From the NCBI GenBank assembly GCA_965112735.1, contig OZ218950.1, positions 6,324,001 through 6,388,000 on the forward strand: a stretch of DNA of 64,000 nucleotides. Direction: 5' to 3'. Made by a program: the position numbers and the translations under genes. Below are positions 56,317 through 64,000 of the stretch, one piece after another (the first letter of the stretch is position 1; every line of letters starts with the position of its first letter). The DNA comes from Phaeosaccion multiseriatum (Eukaryota; Protista; Ochrophyta, other classes). The notes under the pieces were generated by a model. It ran no database searches. It was not told where the DNA came from and worked only from the letters and a program-made list of their open reading frames with translations.

Positions 56317-59300
56317 CACGCACTTTTTTGACCTCGTCTGCCAAAGCAGCGTGAGGGTCTCAACCGCATTATTGAAAAAGCTGTCCAGCCGCTTCTGCTC
56401 CTCCTCCTCCTCCTCCTCCTCCTCCTGCTGCTGCTGCTGCTCCTCCTCCTCCTCCTCCTTCTCTGCCATTTCCACATCCTTCTCGTCCTCCCTCTTCTCC
56501 TCGGGCATGGCAGAGAGCCCTGACGTGTCGAGTAGTCCACGTGGCACACGGACCGTCGACCTTGTTGTGGCCATGGCCTTTGCCCACGGCCCAGGCAGCG
56601 CGCCTGGCTCCTCCTCCTCCTCGTCCTCCTCCTCCTCCTCCTCCACCTCCTCCTCGTCGCCCTCGCTGGTCAAGGAGCTTTGCTTCTTCAGTAGCTCCGC
56701 ACCCTTGTCTCCTCCTCCTCCTCCTCCTCCTCTTCCCTGTCCTCCCTCGATGAGCGTGGAGGTACTGGCCGCTGCTCTTTTCCAGAGTGACGCTGCGCTT
56801 CTCACCCCCTTCCTTCCCGTCTCGCTCCCAGCCTCCCCCCAGCGGAGACTGCGCTTCTTGCGAGCCTCGATGTTGACGATAATATGCTGCAGCATCGGGG
56901 TGACTCCCGTGCCTGAGGAGGGATGGCAGTGCATGAGGGGAATGGCAGTGGTTGCGAGGGATGGCAGTGGATGCCGGAGGAGTCAATGGATGTTCGATGG
57001 ATGACAACTAAAGAGGGCTCAATAGCCTACCTCCCCCGCCGAATGGCCTCATTCCCTCTCTAAAGGCCCCCCTCCTCCCCTCTCTCCCTCCCTCCCTCCC
57101 TCCCTCCCTCCCTCACCGGCGGCGAGCATGTAGACATGCTTGGCATTGTGCTGCAGCTGGGGGATCTGGAACGGGCCCTGCACGCGGATGGTGTTGCCCG
57201 CCTAGGCAAGCAGTTGGTGATACAGGGCAGAAGTTGGTGATACAGCGGCAGTTAGTGATATGCAGCACGAGTTGATGATTTGGTGATACAGCAGCAGCTG
57301 GTGACACAGAAGTTAGTGATACAGAAATTTGATGGTGCGGCAGCAGTTCGTCATACACAAGGATAAACACCCATTGACTTACTAACCACCCACCCACCTT
57401 GAGCTGCTTGAAGGCCCTGCTCATTTGGCCTGTGGGGTAGAGCCGTACGTAATAGTCATAGACATCGAAACCATTGAGCCGCCGCCGGCGGACAGGTGTG
57501 TAGGACCTCTGGATCACAGCGCCCTTGTGCACGATGCGGAACTGTGAGTACGACGGTTGGTGATACGGATAGGGAGATAAGCCAGTGGGTGATCACGGGG
57601 AGAAAGGCGAGAGGGGGGGGGGTCAGTCAGCAAAGTCAGCCAAGGGAAGAGCAGGGGGAAGGGGGAGGAAGAAGCATGGGAAACAAGCCAACCAAACACC
57701 AAGCCGCAAGTTGCAAGCCCCCTCTCTCGTCCTCTCTTCAACTAAATGATCTCTCCTCCTCCTCCTCCGCCTCCTCCTCCGCCTCCTCCTCCTCGATTCA
57801 TTATTCCAATCAAATCCAATACACCGCACCTTCATATACGTCCCATTGCTGAGGCGTGGCAATCGGTCATCCATCCCCGACCGCAACGACAGCTGCAGAA
57901 TGGGGCTCTCCTCCTCGCTCGGCTCCGGAGAGGAGGTGCGGTTGACCTGAGTCTTGCTCACCACGACGAACTTGGTGAATTGGAGCTCCTGCGCGAAACT
58001 TCTGGAGCGACGGCTTGACCGAATCCTGTGGGTGGGAGTGGGGAAAGGAGTATGGGTGTGGTTATTGGGGTGGGGGTTGGTGAGGGGAGTAGAAGAGGGA
58101 GGGAGAGGGGAGGGGGGGTGTGATGTGTGTGAATGTTGGTGATACAGAAAGGCGCGAAGACTTGTGCGATGCGATGCGCGAAAGACAGGTGGTGGGTGGT
58201 AAAGACGACGTACTTGGCAAGGATGCTGTGCTTACTGACGCCCCCCTCCTCCTCGTCAGCCTCCTCGACGTCAGCTGCGAGCTCGTGTCTGCAGAGGAGA
58301 GAGTGAAGAGAAGGCAAAGAATTAGTATCTCACTCACGCACTCACTCACGTACCCACTCACTCCCTCTGCCTTGGTCCCTCTGCCCCCTCCCTCCCTCCA
58401 TCCCTCCCCTCCCCTCCCCTCCCCTCCCCTCCCCTCCCCTCCCCTCCCCTCCCCTCCCCTCCCCTCCCTCCCTCCCTCCCACCTCTCCCCTCCTCCCCCC
58501 TCCCACATACCTCTCAAGCCAGCCCACGACATTCTGGTTGATGGCTGCCCACGCTGTGGCAGAGTGCTTGTGTGGATAGGTATACACGCCATGCCCCATG
58601 GAGCGCAAACCGCGTACTTCCTGCGTCACGTCGAGCCCGATGCTCTCCTTCAGTATGCGGCTGCCTCCGGGGTGCACCTTTGGCAGTTGGCGATACAGTG
58701 GTACGGCAGTTGGTGATACAGTGGTAAATTCAAATTGATCGAACGTGAGATTGTATGGTACGTCAGTTGGTGACAGATTCGCTCGTCGATTTCACTTGGC
58801 AGACAGGCGTCCGAATGATAAGCAATGTTGCGTACCTTCATGAAGCCTCCGATGTCGACGACCATGTCGTTTACAACCACCCACTGAGGGTAGGAGAAGT
58901 GGGGGGGGGGACGGGGCGGGATAAGCACAGAGGGTCTGGGAAGATGCTGTGTGTCGTGTCGTTGTCTTCTTCTCCTCTCTCTCTCCCCGCCCCGTTCCGC
59001 CCATCCTATTCGTCCCTCCTCTGTCTCTACGATACCCTTTTGGTCGCGCGCGCACACACACACACACACACCTTCTCTCCGTTGAAGACTTTGTCATTAA
59101 ACTCCTCCCAAGAGTAAGCCCTCCCCCCCATGAGCAGTGCATCTTCGATGGTGCCTCCCTTGGCGTGGCTCTGTTGGTAGCGAATCTCCTTGTGGATGAA
59201 GACCAGCAGGTACGCACACACAAAGATCCAGTACAGGTAGCTCTGTGTGTGTGTGTGTGCGTGAGCGTTCCAAGAGAAAAAGGGAAACGGGCGACGTATC

Positions 59301-62300
59301 GGCGGGACCAGTCAGTACAGCTACAACACTGGAACTGGCAGAGAGAGAGGCCCGAAGCAGAGCAAGCAGACAAGAAAACCACATGGGACGAAACGATGGC
59401 AGTGGATTTCACCTGTACTCCTCTGTGTACTTGGGTCTGTACTCACCTTGATGGGCCCAAAGATGTCTACATCGAGTCCGATGGAGTCGGTGCCGCTGCC
59501 GTTGTCGATGCCCTCAATGACAATGGTGCTGTCCTCAGGCGAGATGAGAGTGAGTCCGAGATAGACTTGGTACAGCCCCGTCACGAGCATGAGGCGGCCC
59601 GCGATCCTGTGCATCCACTGTGTTTTGTTCGTTGGCGTCAGCAGTTCATTCGTTCGCGTCAGCAGTTCAGTTCAAGACGAGGTGGGGAGGGGGATAGGGG
59701 AGTTAGGCTTACGGTTAGGGTAAGCTCCCTCTTCTCTCTCATCTCTCCCTTTCTCTCCCTCTCCCTCCACCCGTCTCTACTTCCTTCCTTCCCTCCATCC
59801 CTTCCTCCCTCTCAATGCACGCACTAACCTTGTTGACCATATGAAACCGACTGGTGTTGGTGCCGATCCACTTCACACCCCTGTTCTGTATGCCCAACAT
59901 GCGAATGCTGCCTGTGACAATCTGCCCAACGATGGCAATGAGCATGGCAAGGCCAATCTTGCCGTGGCGGGTTCGAAACCCAGTTGAAGACGTGGCGATG
60001 GCGCTAATGGCGAGAGGGATGGAGGCCTCCGCGACGAAGCTCGACAGGACTTCGTGGATCTCCAGCCAGTTAGGCATGTTCTTGCAGTAGCGGGCCACGA
60101 ACACTGGATGGTGGTACGGTGTGGGGTGTGGGTGGGGGGGTGAGTTTGGCAGATGTGTATGTACTTGGGCGTGTGTACGTGGCGTGCAGAGGTGAAGGGG
60201 TGGGGATGGCAGTGGATGATGTTATCCTTATCTTCTCTTCTCTTCGGCCTTCCCTTCTCCAGCGCTATACGACCATATTCGCTCCCCCTCCCACCACCAC
60301 AACAACAACACAACAACTCCCTCACACACCAGCACACACACACTCACTCACGCTCCCTTACACCCACACATATCCACCCTCACCCACCTTAACCTACACA
60401 TACACTCACATGCACACACCTACCCACATCCACACCCACCCACACCTGCACCCACACCCACCCACATCCACCCCCCCATCCAGCCATTCACCCACCCACC
60501 CACCACCCACCACCCACCCACCTGAAATGGGCGCTGCAATTCCCCACGCCAAGAGCATGAGTATCCCGTGCAGCGTGAAGAAGGGTGAGTCGTCTCCGCC
60601 CCTCACGGTGTTGACACCCCCCCCTCCAAAGAAGTCTGCGTCCCCGGTGCCATAGCTCGACGGTGAAAGAGCGTGCTGCCCAAATCGATTCTGATTCAGG
60701 CTCCATATAAAAGGTACCCTCTCCCCGGCTATGAGGGCGGTGTCCTGGGCAGTGTCTCCTGTATCCAACAGCCGTGAGAAGGTCGCCGTGACCCAGCCAT
60801 CGTCCCCTTCTCCTTCCTCAGTGAAGAAAGATTGTTCGAGGATGTGTTGGGTAACGTCCACGGGAGGGAGGGCGTTGGCGATGGCTCTTCTGTCGGTGAC
60901 ATTGACCTTCTTGGCACCGGTTTCCTCGTCGATGGTGTGCTCTGCAATGTAAATGTCGGCACCGATCATCTGTTTAGAGAGAGAAAGAGAGAGAGAGAGA
61001 GAGTGTGTGTGTGTGTGTGTGTGTATGAAGGGGGGGGGGGGGGGGTTAGATCTCGTCCGATTCATGCCTCTATGCCTGTCTGTCTCGCTCATATTAGCCT
61101 ATTTGCCTCACGTAGGCCCATCCATACCACGCCTCACAATGGCAGAGGACTGCAAGACACTGCAATACGAGCCACCGAGGCATACACGGAGAGAGAGAGA
61201 GCAGAGCAGAGACAAGAAAGGGAAACGAAACGCAAAGGGAGAGACACAGAGAGAGAGAGCGACGGAGCGAGAGGAGAGGGAGAAGAGAGAGAAAGGAAAG
61301 AGAGAGATACAGAGCCAGAGACAGAGCCAGAGAGGGAGAGGGAGAGAGAGAGAGCGTGTGCGAGAGAGAGGGATGCAAAGAGAGAGTGCTCTTTGCCTTA
61401 CCCTGTTGCTGCCGATGCCAAAGCCCATGTAGCCGTTCTCTGCAATGCCCTTCATCCTGTACGTGAAGGTGATGACGTCGCCTTCGATGGACCAACGCAC
61501 TCTGTGAGGGCGGGAAGGGGACGAGGAGGGAAGCAACAAGCAAGGAAGAGGGAAGAGGGAAGGAAGGAGGGAAGCAACAAGCAAGGAGGAGGGAGGGGGG
61601 AGGAGAAACGAGGAAAGCCACGAGCAAGGAGGGGGGAGGAGGGGGTATGGAAGCAGCAGACAAAGAGGAGCAAAGCAACAAGCCAAGGAGGGAAGGGGGA
61701 GAGAAGGAGTGGTGAGCAATAGAAAAAAGGTCCTTCGTCCACCTGAGAGTAAAGGCAATACTCCGGCGAGAAGCCGATGGCAGTGCATGGATGGTTGCGT
61801 CAGTGGGTCGGTCCTCTCGTGGGAGGAATTGATGGCAGTGGACGGTTGGGTCAGTCCATCGGTCCTCCGTTCTCCCCTTATGCGTCGAATCTCAACACTT
61901 TTCTCCCTTCCCCTCCCCTCGCTTCCCTCCCCTCCCTCTTCCTCCCCTCACTCACTCAAAAGTATCCTCCGAAAGCGTTGCCCCCCCCTCAATCACGAGA
62001 CTTGCGTTACAGGATGCTTGTGCAATGAGCGGCGACGAGTAGAAGGCGTTCTCGAAGCCATGCAGACCCACTTGCCCCCCGCTAGTCTCCCCCTCCGCCG
62101 CCTGTAGCGCCCGTAAATAATAGCCTCCTCCTCCTCCTCCTCCTCCTCCTCCTCCTCCTCCCGCCACCGGTTCGTACTCGTCCTTGTCCTCCCCTCCTGG
62201 GTATTCATCCGCGTCCTCCTCCTCCGCGTCCTCCTCCTTCTCCTCCTCCTCCTCCTCCCTCACAGGGTCGGCGTTATCCGTCATCAGTTTGGCCATTTTA

Positions 62301-63367
62301 TACCCTATGGCACCTGCGGTCAAGTTGTTCTGTGGTGGAGAGGACGGGGGGGGGGGGAAGGAGGGAGGGAGGGAAGGAAGGGCCACTTATCAGCCATCCT
62401 CTTAATTCGGTGTGAGTCAGAACTCCAAATTCGTCTAGGGGTGCCCTCCCTCCCCTCCCTCCCTCCCTCCACGCTTCACACCTGGTGCGAATGCCAGAAG
62501 CGATCTCCGCGGCGTGTGGTCTGCCAAAAGGTCCTCCTCACCGACTCTCTGAAGAGCGGAGAGAGGAAGAGCGAGGGGTTTGATGCACTGGCTCTGCTCT
62601 CCGCCAAGCCGCCTGTTGGAAGGGGGGGGGGGGGGGGGGGGGTGGGGATGGTGGGGTGAGTGAGGGAGAGAGAGACAGGTAGGAAGAGAGATAGATAGAA
62701 CGAGAGAGAGTAGAGAGAGAGGACAGAAAGAGAAAGACAGTTAAAGAGAGAGGGGGGGGAGAGCACTAAGAGGCAAACACACACGCGCGCACACGCACAC
62801 ACACAGCGGCCCGTCGCTCCTCACCGGGCAGGGCCTCGAGAGAGTCCACGTCTCCGTACACAGAGCGGAGCAGCTCTGTGGGCCGGGGGAGGGGGGTGCC
62901 AAGACGGAGGAGGGGTGTCAGGTGTCAGGACAGAAGAGGGAGGGGAAGGGGTGTCAAACAAGTGATAAAAACTGGAACACTCAAAGCCGAAAACTGAAAC
63001 TTGAAAAACCGAACCCGAATAGTTGCGCTGTCTTCCTTCTACTCGTGCATCGTACGACACTGGAGTTTCGTCTCCCCCTCACCTGCCACCCCGGGGTCGG
63101 AGGTGACGTCATCGAAATCAGCGGCTCTGCTGAGGCCGAGAGCGGCTCGGGCGTCGTTGTAGGAGGGGATGGCGACGTCTCGCGCTCGCTGGATGTCCAA
63201 CACGGGAGCGTTGAAGGAGGTCTCTGTGAGCAGGTCGTCGACGGTGTGGCTGTGTTTTTGGGGAGAGGAGGGAGAGGACGGGAGGGGAGGGGAGGGGGGA
63301 GAGATGAGAGGAGAGAGAGACACACATACAGAGAGAAGTGACAGGGGAGAGGGAGAGACAGAGAGAC

Positions 63368-63442
<75 letters not shown>

Positions 63443-63858
63443 AGAGAGGAGAGAGAGACAGAGATTGAGAGAGAGAGAGAGACAGAGACAGAGAGAGAGA
63501 CAGAGACAGAGAGAGATAAGAGGAGAGAGAGACAGACAGAGAGAGACAGACAGAGACAGAGATAGATAGATAGAGAGAGAGAGAGCACGCTAGACAGAGC
63601 AACGCACAGCACATACTCAGAGCGAGAGGGCGCCCTTGCCAGCGCGGCCCTGGGCCTCCGGCGCATGTTGGTTCCCCACGCACAGAGTGCGCCGCTACTC
63701 ACAGATCTGTCTCGTACATGACGCCACCCACCATCCCGTTGAGAACGGGATTGAGGCCGTGAGTGGCAAACACGTCGTCGATGAGAGAGGGGTCGAAGGA
63801 AGAGCGGAGAGGGACGGGGTCATAGCTGGACACCGGGGACAGGTCCTCCTTCAGCAGC
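53143..63858 (-). CDS. Multidomain membrane oxidoreductase: animal-type heme peroxidase, DOMON, cytochrome b561, cytochrome b5, FAD/NAD(P)H reductase; 5' part beyond the window
   Basis: Peroxidase [25 protein letters not shown] (62480-63858). [29 protein letters not shown] (60670-61501). b561 LHG/IHE/RHG/MHR (59450-60580). b5 [16 protein letters not shown] (58214-59130). Reductase RSYTP, GQMS, GPF, AGTGVTPM, SGPP..LRDLGF (53143-57990). Inter-domain splice phases that were checked are compatible. Confidence 0.8.
53400..53712. repeat. (GACA)n microsatellite in the last intron of the oxidoreductase gene
   Basis: About 310 bp of nearly pure gaca repeats. Confidence 0.95.
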
Positions 63859-64000
63859 CTAAGGGGGTGGGGGAGGGATGTACATGTGCATGAAAGCACG
63901 AAAAGTGGTGGTCGCGAAGGTGGGGGTAATGGTGGTGGTGGTGGTGGTGGTGGTGATGGTGGTGGTGGTTGTGGTGGTGGTTGTGATGGTTGTGATGGTG

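Overview
Eukaryotic, intron-rich nuclear DNA, most likely a photosynthetic stramenopile (ochrophyte): GT-AG introns are filled with microsatellites, and one gene carries a bipartite signal peptide plus an ASAF-like plastid-targeting motif. Contents: (i) a tandem array (1-9.6 kb) and an inverted fourth copy (44-47.4 kb) of a unit made of an intronless F-box-like/FNIP-type repeat gene with hypervariable loops and a decayed TPR-like gene; (ii) spliced genes for a plastid NAD(P)-binding protein, a PX-domain AGC kinase, a SIRT4-like sirtuin, a secreted GDPH/vWD-like protein, a type I membrane protein, an ABCC transporter, an A20-type OTU deubiquitinase and RBMX2/Ist3; (iii) a large minus-strand gene, entering from beyond the right edge, that fuses heme peroxidase, DOMON, cytochrome b561, cytochrome b5 and an FAD/NAD(P)H reductase; (iv) several related MITE families, a truncated RLE-type non-LTR retrotransposon, a 2.7-kb intronic minisatellite, and a strongly over-represented dispersed motif GTATCACCAAC. 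Gene models were spliced by eye and no database searches were run.
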